A stretch of DNA of 64,000 nt, taken from Octopus vulgaris. Lineage: Eukaryota. The stretch spans positions 65,038,001 through 65,102,000 of the forward strand of contig OX597826.1 in NCBI GenBank assembly GCA_951406725.2, given 5' to 3'. This document shows, one piece after another, positions 44,301 to 55,719 of this stretch (its first letter is position 1; each line of letters begins with the position of its first letter). The position numbers and the translations under genes were made by a program. The notes below the pieces were generated by a model. That model did not search any database. It had not been told where the DNA came from and saw only the letters and a program-made list of their open reading frames with translations.

Positions 44301-47300
44301 CCAACTATACCGGATGTCGTTTTTCTCCCACCACCATTATAGGTGTCTACTCTTTGAACCCCCTCTTCAATACGCTATTTCACCATGCATTACCCCTCTC
44401 TCGATATCCTACGTTCTACTTGCCTAGAACCTGTCCTCTGGACCACCCCTCCCACTGGTGCTCACCCCTCCCACTGGTGCTCCCCTATATTTCTGCATCC
44501 CCCCCACCACCATTATAGGTGTCTACTCTTTGAACCCCCTCTTCAATACGCTATTTCACCATGCATTACCCCTCTCTCGATATCCTACGTTCTACTTGCC
44601 TAGAACCTGTCCTCTGAACCACCCCTCCCACTGGTGCTCCCCTATATTTCTGCACCCCCCACCACCATTATAGGTGTCTACTCTTTGAACCCCCTCTTCA
44701 ATACGCTATTCACCATGCATTACCCCTCTCTCGATATCCTACGTTCTACTTGCCTAGAACCTGTCCTCTGAACCACCCCTCCCACTGGTGCCCACCCCTC
44801 CCACTGGTGCTCCCCTATATTTCTGCATCCCCCCCACCACCACCATAATAGGTGTCTACTCTTTGAACCCCCCTCTTCAATACGCTATTTCACCATGCAT
44901 TACCCCTCTCTCGATATCCTACGTTCTACTTGCCTAGAACCTGTCCCCTGAACCACCCCTCCCACTGGTGCTCTCCTATATTTCTGCACCCCCACCACCA
45001 TTATAGGTGTCTACTCTTTGAACCCCCCTCTTCAATACGCTGCTCCCCTATATTTCTGCACCCCCCACCACCATTATAGGTGTCTACTCTTTGAACCCCC
45101 TCTTCAATACGCTATTTCACCATGCATTACCCCTCTCTCGATATCCTACGTTCTACTTGACTAGTACCTGTCCTCTGAACCACCCCTCCCACTGGTGCTC
45201 CCCTATATTTCTGCACCCCCCCCCATAAAAAGCACCATCCGAACGTGGCCGATGCCAGACCCCTCTGGCACCTGTGCAGGTGGCACGTAAAAAACACCCA
45301 CTACACTCGCGGAGTGGTTGGCGTTAGGAAGGGCATCCAGCTGTAGAAACACTGCCAGACTAGACTGGAGCCTGGGGCAGTCCCGAGCTCCCCAGACCCC
45401 GGTCGAAACCGTCCAACCCGTGCTAGCGCGGAAAACGGACGTTAAACGATGATGATGATGATGATGAACCCTGAGCTGACTAAACCTTGTGAATGGATTT
45501 GGAAGACAGAAACTGAAAGAAACCCATTGTATAATAATACATACGTGTCTGTGCATGATTGCATGTGTGTTTTATATTTGCATTAGCACTTTTCAGAAAA
45601 TCAGTGAGCTAGATGTGGCAATATTGTCAATTCCCTGATAAGAAAAAAAATCCTCCACTGGCTTTGTGCCTTTGCAGGCATGTGGTATAAGAGATCTCAT
45701 ACTTGAAAATCAGATAAGGGTTAGTGACAGGAAAGGGCATCTGGCTGTAAAATAATGCCTCACAAATATATTCATCTAACCCATGCCAGCATGGTAAAAT
45801 GGACGTAAAGCACGTGAATGAATAATTAAATATGTTGCACAATAAACATAGCATCCTATTTGAATATCTAGATTGTATATCCAAACTATAAATGATGGAT
45901 ACTTTAAAAAAAAAGATGACAATATGAAACATTGTTTAATAATTAATAGAGTATTACCTGTGAACATTCATCAATGACAACCATGTCAAAATAATTATAT
46001 TTCAATTCTTTAAGAGATCCATCATCAGATGCACTTGTTAAGGTGGAGAGGATAATGTCAGCACGCTTTAGGATTTCAGTGCTACTCTGTAATGTTCTTT
46101 GACGAAGTTCTTTTCGCAACACCTTTATCTCTTCTCTATATTTATATTTTTCACCATTTTTATTTGATTTCAACAATTGACTCTAAAAAAAAAGATGTAT
46201 CATTGTTATTTTTGCATGTCTTTATTTTATCTTTTATTTAACAGTGAGACTACAAAATTGACAAAAAGCCATATCTTTTGTCATTCGGCTTAACGTACAA
46301 GCTCTAACATTATAACATTTTTCTTATATTTCCTGCTACACTGTCAATAACCAAGATGTTTATTGTTATTCATTTAAAATCAAACCAATTGGATAATGAT
46401 GACGATGATGAAAATATAATATTCATCATCATTGTTTTAGCATGGAATCTGTGTTGTTATGGTTAGACAGTCTCTTAAAAGACTAACTATAGTTATACTA
46501 ACTAATGTTATAAGAAAAAACCTTTAGTAAGCACAATCAGTGAAGGTGCATGGCTCAGTGGTTAGAGCATCGAGCTTACAATCGCGAGGTTGTGAGTTCG
46601 AATCCTGGACCGGGCTGCGTGTTGTGTTCTTGAGCAAGACACTTTATGACATATTGCTCCAGTTCACTCAGCTGTAAAAATGAGTTGCAACGTCACTGGT
46701 GCCAAGCTGTATTGGCCTTTGCCTTTCCTTTGTATAACACTGGTGGGATGGAGTGGGGAGACCGGTATGCATGGGCGACTGCTGGTCTTCCATAAACAAC
46801 CTTGCCCGGACTTGTGTCTGGGAAGGTAACTTCCTTGGTGCAATCCCATGGTCAGTCATGACCTAAAGGGGTCTCAGCAAGCACAATCTGAAATAAGCTA
46901 TAGTTGCAGAGGAAACATGAAAATGTATAACATCACATATATTTGTATGCATGTATGTATGTAGGTAGGTGGATAGGTGAGTGGGTATTTTTCAGGTAGA
47001 TAGACACACGGTTAGTAATAGATATACAGATGAATCTGCAACCTGTCTAGTAAACTTACATAAGCTTTATCCAAATCCTTCTTGACATCCATGATTAGCT
47101 TTCCACCATCACTCGATGAAAGAATTGCATCTAAACAATATTTTTGTAGATGCGGCAATTGACGAGCTGGATGACCAATACGAAGAATATTCTGTTTCAG
47201 CTGGGCTAATCTGTCCACAAGATTATCCACAGCAATATTTGATGGTGCACACACAAGAACCTAGAAAAAAAAAAGTATGGATGCAGACATCACTGTGTGA

Positions 47301-50300
47301 TTATGAAGTTAGTGTTTTCTTTCTTTTTTTATTGCCCAGAAGGGGCTAAACATAAAGGGGACAAACAAGGACAGACAAAGGGATCAAGTCAATTACATCG
47401 ACCCCAGTGTGTATCTGGTACTTAATTTATCGACCCCCGAAAGGATGAAAGGCAAGGTCGACCTTGGCAGAATTTGAACTCAGAACGTAGAGACAGACGA
47501 AATACCAATAAGCATTTCGCCCAGCATGCTAACATTTCTGCCAGATCACCGCCTTATATAATGAAGTTAGCTTTGCAATCATGTGATCGCAGGTTCAATC
47601 CTAGACTGTGGCATCTTGAGTAACTGTCTTCTAGTGTAACATCAGGTTGACCAATATCTTGTGAATAGAATTTAGTAGATGGAAAGTGCAAGGAAACCTT
47701 TCATGCGTGTGTGTGTATGTGGGGGGGGGGGATGCATGCATGTATATATGTATGTGTGTTTGTTTGGATTTGCACCCTATGAAAGTTGGGAGCCGTGGGA
47801 AATGTTGTCACGTATGACAACACAGTCTGTCCCTTCACATCTTCATAAAACCAAATGACTGAATTACATGATGAAGAAAAGACATTAGCACAAATACTGC
47901 TATTTGAATCATTTCAGCAAGCAGAAAGAGATAACTCCAGACATGCTTCAGTTTCTTTTCCTAGCTGCATAAGCAGCAAGATGTTGTGCAGATGACTCAC
48001 CTGTCCATCTCATGCAAGTATGAAAGAACAATGATGATGAGCATTTCCAGTTAGGTTTTTTTTTTAATACTAACTTAGACAGTGACTGAATAATTTACAT
48101 CAGCAAGTCTTTTACTACTCTTCTTGGCTTTCATTGATTTGAAGAAAGCATTTGACAGGGCACCATATTCAGTAATTTGGTGAGTTTTGAGGAAATTAGG
48201 TACAGACAAATGGCTTGTGCAGGTGGTTCAAGCTCTGTACAAGGGTTCAGTAAGTAAAGTGATGAATTCAGAGTGAAGATAGGAAAGCATTAAGGTTCAG
48301 TCTTTACATCTCTTCTGTTCGTCATTGAAAAGCCATCATTGAATAGTTTAAGATTAGCTGTCCATGAGATCTCCTATATGCTGATAATCTATTTCTTATA
48401 GCTAAATTCATAGGAGAATTAGAGAAGAAATTCCAGGCTTGGAAGCTAAACCTGGAACTGCGAGGCCTTAAGGCAAGCCTGACAAATAGGAAGGTTTTAA
48501 TAAGTAGGAAAGAAAACGGGACTCTAGTATCCTCAGGGAAATGGCCTTGGTATGTAGAAAAGGGGTATGTATAAATTCCATATGCTGTACTTAATGTAAA
48601 CTAAGGACACACGAGATATAATGGAATCACTGGGAGACAATCCAAGACTGTAAGCTTCATATGCAATAGATGCACTGAGATTAAATAATATAAATTTGTC
48701 CAATTTGACTGACTTGGGACTAACTGGGATAATAGTAGAGACACTTGCCCAAAGGTGCCATGCAATGGAACTTAACCCAAAAGCATATAGTTGGAAAGTA
48801 AACTTCTTAACCATACTACCATGCCTGTACCTGTTTCATGTTGATAAAATAAATACCAGTCATATAATGAATTAGTTCAACAAAACATGCTACTTTCCAA
48901 TAAATTGTAATTCTCAGTTTTATGAATGCAAAGTTTTTTTTATAATGGGAAGCATATACCTTTTGTTTCTGCTTGACAGCTTGCAACAAAATCTCAATAA
49001 CTGTGGTAGTTTTTCCTGTACCAGGTGGGCCATGAATTATAGCAATATTCTTTTGATTTATTGCAAATTTCACAGCTTCTCTCTGAGATTCATCAAGATT
49101 TGTATTGTAAAATGTAAAATCTAAAATAGAAAAAGAAACATGCTTATAAAAGAAATTTGTTAATCCATTATGAGACATGGGAGGCTTCAGGACCATTTTT
49201 TTCTGCCTCCCAAAATTTATAGGCATATAATGAATATAATCAAAAATCATCTGGTCAAGAAACCATGCAAAGAGGACTCTGTATGCTCTGTAAAATGATT
49301 GGCATTAGGAAGGGCATCCAGCTGCACAAACCATTCCAAAACACACAATGGAGCCTTGTGTGGCCTCCAGCCTTATCAGCTCCTGTCAAACCATCCAACC
49401 CAACCCAGCATGGTAAACAGATGATAAATAATGAAGAGGAAGATAATGTCAGTCTTCCATCCTCTAACAAGTTGAACAGTTTGACAGGGTCCAACAAGCC
49501 AAAGGACTATGTTGTGCTCCAGTGTCTGCTTTAGCATAGTTTCTACAGCTGGATATCTTTCTTGAAGTCAGAATGCTCTTCCTAATGTCAAGTTATCCGG
49601 GTAAAAAAAAAAAACTGTAAATATATTTATAGGATAGATATGTATACATATTTATCTTTGAAAATGATGCAGTTTGGATCTGTACAAAGATATGGTCATA
49701 TTTTTAGAGAGAAAACTGCAAAGGATAGATATGTATATATATTTATCTTTGAAAATGGTGCAGTTTGGATCTGTACCAAGATATGGTCATATTTTTAGAG
49801 AGAAAACTGCAAGAGAATTTCTTAACTAAGAACAAACCAATCTACTTTGCATTCACCAATCTGAAAGCTCAACCTTGAAAGAATGGTTTAGAGTTTGAAG
49901 GCCTAAAAGCCACCATAGTAAAAACCAAGGATCTCACTGCTAACAGAACACTAAGGTGGCTCTGGCTATTAGAGAGGAGGAAAGAACTATGATGCTATAT
50001 ATTCACACTCTCTAAAGCATAATATTTGTGAATTCAAAGGGTTGTAACATACAAGACAATTTCAACCTACCATGACATTTTTCTGAAGAAATGAATTTAT
50101 GATTAAATAAAATATCCAATAAATCGCTGGCTCTTCCATTTCCTGCTTTATGTAATCCACTTACAGCACTGAAAAAAATTTTAATTGAATTAATTTGATT
50201 GAAAATATTCATTGACAAGAAAATTCTTTATAAAAGATTTTAAATATCTACTGATAACATTAATATAATATGATTTTAATAACTATGCCTGACCATACAG

Positions 50301-53300
50301 CAATATAATTCTGCATACAAAATGGTAAAGAAACAATATGGAAACCCACTGTATGGATGTTTGTGTGCATGTATGCAGTGTGTGATTGTACATGGCCTAG
50401 TGGTTAATGTCTAGGGCTCACAAATATAAGGTTGTAGGTTCAGGTTCTGAACCAGGTAGTACATTGTATCATTGGGAAAGGCACATCATTTCCTGTTATT
50501 TTAATCTACTCAGTTAAAAATGCATATCAGCCTAGCACTGGTGCAGGAATGGCTGTGTGATTAAGAAACTTGCTTCTGAAGCATGCAGTTTCAGGTTCAA
50601 TCACACTGTAGCACCTTGAGCAAGTGTTCCACAATAGCCTTGTGTTGATCAAAGCCTCGTGAATGCATCTGATAAGCAAAAACTGAAAGAAGCTCATTAC
50701 CCTTCACTTGTATGTGTGCACAAGTCTGTGCATTGTTTACATTTGCACTTGTCCAAAATTTTTGACTTACAAACAGTAAAATTGTTGCCATTTCTCCTAT
50801 CAATGTACCATCTGTTGACATTGCACTTTGGAAAATGCATAAAGTAAGAGGTCCTTTACTTGAAAAGTGGGTAAAACTTATTAACAGGAAGAGCATTCAG
50901 TAGTAAAATATTACCTCATTATATGAGTGAATATATGAATATGTATGTGTGTATGCATGTATTTGAAACCATACATAGATTTTAAGAAAATTGGTTTTTG
51001 CTCAACAATTGTAAAAGTCAAATAAACTATGAAATTCAAACTATTCAACTCTTTAATTACTCTTTTATCATAGCAACATAATTACATACTAATTAAAAGT
51101 TAATTTTCATTAAATAAAACACTAAATTAGGGAAGTTAATAGAAATTTAAAAATGGAATATGAATTTACCTTTTTAATCTCTTATAAGTCACATCATTGG
51201 CAATTTTGAGAAGTTTGTAATGAGCATCAGAAGACATGGTCTCTATGTCCTTATATTCATCAAATGCTATTGAAATACTGTTAGAAGTGGTCTTGGAAAC
51301 AATACCAACTGCAATATTCTCAGACTCTGCAGCATTTTTCTGATTTAAACTGAGCTGAACAATGTCACCTATAAAATATAAAATGAATTCAATTATCTAT
51401 TAACAGTTGGGACTGAAATCAATAATTCTATGTGTATCATGAGACATTATGGGAAACCTTTCAAGACATGAACGTAGCACTAGAAGGTGATAGTCAAATT
51501 TTAAAAAAACATAGTATTGCATTATGTAAATTAAATTTTAACTGAAAAAAATATTTCTGTATAATTTATTGATAGTTTAATGAAAGACAAGGAAGACTGG
51601 AAACAAATGTTACATATCAAGACAAGAAGACACACACACACACCTCTACATATATGGTGTAAGTGTGGTTGTGTTGCTTCCCATCTACATGGTTTTGAGT
51701 TCTGCCCATTGCGTAGCACTTGGGACAAGTGTCTTCTACTACTGCCCAGGGCCATAAAATCTGAGTGATCCAGTGTGATAAGGCTGGACCTTTGAATTAC
51801 AGACACAGTTCATCCAATTGGCCTCTATACAATTTATGTCTATCAAAATTCTCTTCTAAGGCTCGAGTCTATTCAGGTCTATGGTGAAAACACTTACCCA
51901 AGATATCACAGAGTGGAATTGACCTTGGGACTTCAAAGTTGCAAAGGGAATTTCTTAATTACTTAGCTATGCTTACATCTAGAGGAGCAAGGTATCAACC
52001 TTTAAAAGCTTTTCAGGACTAGAGACATCATTGTTTAACACCCAATTCCATGCTTGCATGAGTCAGGAGGAATTTGTTGAAAAAGATTTTTTATGGCTGG
52101 ACACCTTTCCTATTTCGAATCCTCACCTATTTCCAAGCAAGGTAATATTTCACCATGGAAGACAGGAAATGAAGCAACATTGCTTGTATGATGATAATGC
52201 TCATTTGCAACCATCACATGCTGTCAAGTCAAGGATACACACAAACACACACAAAAACATATATATACATATATGACAAGCTTCTTTCAGTTTCAATTTA
52301 TCAAATTTGGTCAACCCAGTGCTATAATAGAAGGCACTTAGCCAAGATGCTGTACAGTAGAACTGAATCCAAGACTACATGGTTGGGAAGCAAGGGTTCC
52401 CAACCATGTGGTCTTCATTATATTTCCTAATAAAACAAAAAATACATATAAAAATACAATATTAATGTACATTGTGTAATTTTCAAAATGTAAAATATTA
52501 CCTGGTGTAAATGAATGAGATGGTAGTTCTTTCTTCATCCATGGTTCAAGTTTAACAATCATACGACCATAAAAACCAGACGCCTGGCTAGCAAGGTGCA
52601 GCTTTAGAAGGCAGACTCCTTTCTTTTCTAATTGTTTTGGAGGAAGTTTCTCATAAAAATAGCTGGAAAACCATTTAAGAAACAGATTAAAATTCAATGC
52701 CTAACCTAATTTAAAAATGAAAAAAATAGCCTTTTCTGATAATTTCAAGAAATGAAAAATAAATTCTTAAAACTAATTACCATTCTTTGCATATTTTTTA
52801 CATTTTATATTTTACTTGTTTCACTGCATTCAAGGGTTTAGTCAATCAAATCAACCCCTTATTTTTTAAAGTCTGGTACTTATTCTATCAATCTCTTTTG
52901 TCAAACCACTACGTTGTGGAGATATAAACAAACCAACACTGGCTATCAAGCAATGGCAGTTGGGACACAAACACACACACGTGTGTGATGAGCTTCCACA
53001 CAGTTTCTGTCTGCCAGATTAATGTACAAAGCTATAGTAAAAGGCATGCAGTGGAACTGAACCTGCAACCACATTGTTGCAAAGTGAACTTTGTAACCAT
53101 AATGTGATGCCTGCACCTGCATCAGTCATATTATTTCAAGTAATACGAAATAATATAACATTGGGTGATGTTCTTGCTTAGTAACTGACTTGATCTGAGA
53201 TTGTGTTGCAACTGGAATGATTATATCTTGAAAGATTCAAATCTTCATCGTTTAAAATACATTTTCCATGTTGGCAGGAGTTGAACAGTTTGACAGCAAA

Positions 53301-55029
53301 TGGCATGACCAGGGATCACACCAGATTCCATTGTCTGTTTTATCTTGGTTTCTACAGCTGGATGTCCTTCCTAATGCCAACCACTTTACAGAGTGTAATG
53401 GGTACTTTTTACAGGGCACCATCACCAGTGCTTTATTACATGGAAAACACCAATGCTTTTTACACGGCAAACCTATGTATCTTCATGATCATAAACATCA
53501 TCATCATCATATTAGTGTCTGCTTTTCCATGCTTGCATGAATTAAATGAAATTTGTTGAGGTAGATTTTCTATAGCTAGAAATCTTTCCTGTTGCCAAGT
53601 AACTAATATTTCCCCTTAGATCAGACATGTTATCAAGGAAAACAGGAAACAAATGACACACTACTAGTAAGACAGTAATAATCACAACCATATGATATCA
53701 AACAAGGTGACACACAAATACATATGATGGGCTTCTTTCAGTTTCCGTCAACCAAATCCACTCACAAGGCTATGGTCGGAGCAGAGCTTAAAGTAGAAGT
53801 CATTTGTCCAAGATGCCACGCAGTGGAACCCAAAACTATATGACTGGAAAGTGAACTTCAAATTATCATTATATTTATATTTTGTCTTATTTCTTAAACG
53901 AATCTCTCCATACTAGAAAATACCAAAATGCTTTAGTTGTACATTATCAAAATAACACACATACACACACACACACACAAATTTCACTGCATCTGTTAAT
54001 TCCACTGAAATACATTGAAACTGTGTCAGTTATTATGTCATAAATCTACAAAATATCTTGACAGTTGATCAGTAATAGCAAGAATTAAAACAAAAGTGAA
54101 TGTCACAGCATGTGTTTGTTTTAAATAGCTATCATGGATTTTACATGATGTAACTAACTGGTACTACAAAAAAAAAAAAATTATTCTTTAATAATCTCAA
54201 CAATGTTTCAGAATAGAAAATGAGATTTGTGCATAGCAAAAAAAACCTATATACTGAACCAGAAAGAATGTGGTTGGGAAGCAACTTCTTAGCCACACAG
54301 CCATGCCTGCACACACACCCACAGTTTTGTGGGTGTTTACCAGGTCAGTTGCCAGACGTCAGAGCTTCAATGTAGCTATGCCCTGGGAAGCAAGGCATTC
54401 AGGGTATAGTAGATGCCTGATGGAGGGTATTCGCTTGGTTACATGTCTCTAAACAGTTTCCAGGAGGTCAAAGTCCTGAGCAAGATAGGGGCTCTAGACT
54501 GGTGATGCAAATTCTAAGTGTAGCCACACCATAGCCATATACGGCCTTAAATAGATAGCTGGAGAGCGGCTGACAAAGGGCTTGATATGTGTTGAGAAGG
54601 TATCTTTAGGGGTTTGGATAATTCACTTCCGGAAACATGGGCGTTTCATTCATCATCCTTAAACAACCCTTATTTAGAAATCTTTGGAGTGGGCTGGGCT
54701 GCTCAACCTGAAGAAAATTCTAATTGAGCCCTTGCAAGGTCATATGCTGTTCATCTTGATATGAGATCATCATGTTGTGCACATATGGTTGTGATGCATG
54801 TGCCTGGTATACCCTTATCAGATGAGTAGCCATGATGAGTATACTGAGCTTCATACATTTGTATTCCAGTGTCACTTTGAAGGCATGCACTGCTCTCTCA
54901 CTCAATAATAATAATAATAATAATAATAAATAATAATAATAATAATAATAAATACCTATTTTCTTGTATTTCTGCATTTCGCTCTTCTTCAAGAAGTGCT
55001 AAAGTTTTTGAGACAAATTCCTCAACCAT
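31454..55029 (-). CDS. IGHMBP2: DNA-binding protein SMUBP-2 / IGHMBP2 (UPF1-like SF1 helicase, R3H, AN1 zinc finger), 16 coding exons, about 1034 aa after removing one extra base in exon 11 (whole-gene span)
   Basis: complement(join 55029-54956,52662-52502,51368-51170,50168-50071,49120-48960,47260-47060,46182-45958,41769-41672,40655-40473,40263-40145,39167-39072,37815-37692,36427-36251,34516-34408,32913-32772,32392-31454); motifs [73 protein letters not shown]3H ([17 protein letters not shown]) and an AN1 finger. Confidence 0.93.
32081..32170. repeat. 30-bp coding tandem repeat x3 (TTNQA(M/I)SIDS)
   Basis: TGAATCAATAGA(T/C)ATTGC(T/C)TGGTTTGTTGT repeated three times in frame. Confidence 0.95.
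32772..32913 (-). CDS. IGHMBP2: IGHMBP2 exon 15 (R3H domain N-half: ...[15 protein letters not shown])
   Basis: TTTCAG acceptor, GTAAGG donor, phase 2/0. Confidence 0.9.
34408..34516 (-). CDS. IGHMBP2: IGHMBP2 exon 14, linker ([16 protein letters not shown]...CDEKQ)
   Basis: AACAG acceptor, GTATTG donor; phase 1/2 fits neighbours and restores YLN-DDIV. Low-conservation region. Confidence 0.7.
36251..36427 (-). CDS. IGHMBP2: IGHMBP2 exon 13 ([28 protein letters not shown]...)
   Basis: TTCCAG acceptor, GTTTGT donor, phase 1/1; helicase motif VI. Confidence 0.94.
36562..36793 (+). mobile_element. SINE family A, young full-length copy
   Basis: CpG-intact copy flanked by the 14-bp TSD ATATATACACAATT (36548-36561 and 36794-36807). 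Confidence 0.88.
36810..37173. repeat. Degenerate palindromic MITE-like element
   Basis: TAGGCCAATTACCACAGTATTT / AAATACTGCAGTCACTGGCCTA termini, plus inner arms CATCTCAGCAGTGGTCAG / CTGACCACTGCTGAGATG. Confidence 0.6.
37692..37815 (-). CDS. IGHMBP2: IGHMBP2 exon 12 (VELLRL...[26 protein letters not shown])
   Basis: TGTAG acceptor, GTGAGC donor, phase 0/1. Confidence 0.95.
38162..38207 (+). ncRNA. Degenerate type I hammerhead-ribozyme-like motif
   Basis: TCT-TCGATGA-A[GGGATAT ataaa ATATCCC]A-GAGAC-AGCT-GTA-AGA: stems I, II and palindromic stem III are present; the core deviates from CUGANGA/GAAA. Confidence 0.45.
38262..38674 (+). mobile_element. 5'-truncated CR1-like LINE 3' end
   Basis: Open frame [23 protein letters not shown]...LRGHSEKL...PWNKLP...FKVSLD...* (stop 38583-38585), short 3'UTR and (CTAA)n tail. 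Confidence 0.85.
39072..39167 (-). CDS. IGHMBP2: IGHMBP2 exon 11 ([31 protein letters not shown]), apparent +1 frameshift
   Basis: TACAG acceptor and GTATTA donor give 96 nt where the flanking phases (1/0) need 3n+2; one extra base near 39129-39131. Confidence 0.88.
40145..40263 (-). CDS. IGHMBP2: IGHMBP2 exon 10 (DLERIEE...[10 protein letters not shown]...SKGNE)
   Basis: CTTAG acceptor, GTTTGC donor, phase 2/1. Confidence 0.93.
40473..40655 (-). CDS. IGHMBP2: IGHMBP2 exon 9 ([13 protein letters not shown]...[14 protein letters not shown]...HLL)
   Basis: TGAAG acceptor, GTAAGG donor, phase 2/2. Confidence 0.93.
41672..41769 (-). CDS. IGHMBP2: IGHMBP2 exon 8 ([32 protein letters not shown])
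   Basis: TTTTAG acceptor, GTATGT donor, phase 0/2. Confidence 0.94.
43022..43542. mobile_element. TTAA-flanked non-autonomous piggyBac-like element
   Basis: TTAA|TCCCTTGA ... TCAAGGGG|TTAA; CpG-richer interior. Confidence 0.6.
43779..44248. repeat. Identical 87-bp direct repeats (43779-43865, 44162-44248) around a ~296-bp spacer
   Basis: TGCATATTCTGTATAATTCACTAGTTATCG...GGCTGCCGATTCTTCGCGG present twice. Confidence 0.9.
44325..45223. repeat. C-rich tandem array, ~155-180-bp unit, about 5.5 copies
   Basis: Unit CCACCATTATAGGTGTCTACTCTTTGAACCCCC...CACCCCTCCCACTGGTGCTCCCCTATATTTCTGCACCCC, with an optional internal 19-bp duplication and one truncated unit. Confidence 0.93.
45958..46182 (-). 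CDS. IGHMBP2: IGHMBP2 exon 7 (...[13 protein letters not shown]...[11 protein letters not shown], Walker B)
   Basis: TTTTAG acceptor, GTAATA donor, 75 codons. Confidence 0.93.
46544..46875 (+). mobile_element. tRNA-derived SINE, well-preserved copy
   Basis: A-box TGGCTCAGTGGTTAG, B-box GAGTTCGAATCC, then body TGTTGTGTTCTTGAGCAAGACACTTTA...CCAGTTCACTCAGCTGTAAA. Confidence 0.75.
47060..47260 (-). CDS. IGHMBP2: IGHMBP2 exon 6 ([18 protein letters not shown]...RIGHPAR...)
   Basis: TTCTAG acceptor, GTAAGT donor, phase 0/0. Confidence 0.95.
47325..47556 (-). mobile_element. SINE family A copy just upstream of the IGHMBP2 exon 6 acceptor
   Basis: Same sequence as 3847-4078. Confidence 0.82.
48125..48640 (+). 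mobile_element. Degenerate RTE-like LINE reverse-transcriptase fragment
   Basis: [12 protein letters not shown]...LRKLG and [10 protein letters not shown] (YADD-like) motifs with stops. Confidence 0.75.
48960..49120 (-). CDS. IGHMBP2: IGHMBP2 exon 5 (Walker [12 protein letters not shown])
   Basis: TTTTAG acceptor, GTATAT donor, phase 1/0. Confidence 0.95.
49631..49812. repeat. 91-bp tandem duplication in IGHMBP2 intron 4
   Basis: AGGATAGATATGTATA...GAGAAAACTGCAA occurs at 49631 and 49722 with about 3 mismatches. Confidence 0.9.
50071..50168 (-). CDS. IGHMBP2: IGHMBP2 exon 4 ([21 protein letters not shown]...)
   Basis: TTTCAG acceptor, GTAGGT donor, phase 2/1. Confidence 0.87.
51170..51368 (-). 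CDS. IGHMBP2: IGHMBP2 exon 3 (DIVQL...[16 protein letters not shown])
   Basis: TATAG acceptor, GTAAAT donor, phase 1/2. Confidence 0.92.
52502..52662 (-). CDS. IGHMBP2: IGHMBP2 exon 2 ([21 protein letters not shown]...GFYGR...LPSHSFTP)
   Basis: TTTTCCAG acceptor, GTAATA donor, phase 2/1. Confidence 0.92.
54956..55029 (-). CDS. IGHMBP2: IGHMBP2 exon 1 ([24 protein letters not shown])
   Basis: ATG at 55029, GTATTT donor, phase 2; resembles the vertebrate N-terminus [22 protein letters not shown]. Confidence 0.88.
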
Positions 55030-55539
55030 TTTGTAAAAATTTTATATACAATAGGATATGTTATGTTCTCTTTCCCTCTTTCTTTTTATGGCTGAAAAAC
55101 AATGAGTAATATTAGTTAATGAGGTTGTTCAACGGAAATTTGTAAAAGTATAAAAACAAAATCACTTTAACAGGCCCACCACCACCACCACCATACAATG
55201 GAGCGGATTATTTGCAAAGGTAGTGGAGACTTGCGAAAAATTCTATTATGGAAATAGATGGATGATTTAAGTTCCCTTCACAATCTGAAAAGTAGATTGT
55301 TGGAGAAAAGACCCTGAAACATTTGTTTGGATATTTGGTATCGTATGTACCACTACAAAACCTGAACTTAGACACATGGAACCTCCATCGATTTACTGTA
55401 AAGTGGTTCTTGTGGATCAATTGTCCATTTAAGACTGAAAGATGCCTGATTTAAGAAAATAATGTTTGTAACTCATATTTTGTGTGCAGGAAGGAACAAA
55501 TCGAGTAAATTTCACCGAAATTTAAAGTGTTACAAAAAA

Positions 55540-55719
55540 TTTCATTTTTAAATTAGGTTAAGCATTGAATTTTAATCTGTTTCTTAAATGGTTTTCCAGC
55601 TGTTTTTATGAGAAACTTTCTCCAAAACAATTAGAAAAGAAAGGAGTCTGCCTTCTAAAGCTGCACCTTGCTAGCCAGACATCTGGTTTTTATGGTCGTA
55701 TAATTGTTACACTTGAACC
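55540..55719 (+). pseudogene. Inverted partial duplicate of IGHMBP2 intron 1 3' end + exon 2
   Basis: Reverse complement of 52543-52722 with about 7 substitutions in 180 nt; similarity breaks after LEP. Confidence 0.92.

Noticed and set aside
44325-45223. Regular repeat array reminiscent of CRISPR
   Set aside because: Units are long, contiguous and nearly identical with no unique spacers; eukaryotic intron and no cas genes.
46548-46620. tRNA-like sequence with A and B boxes
   Set aside because: No convincing acceptor stem and it continues into a SINE body; it is a SINE head (same for 8724, 24745, 36562).
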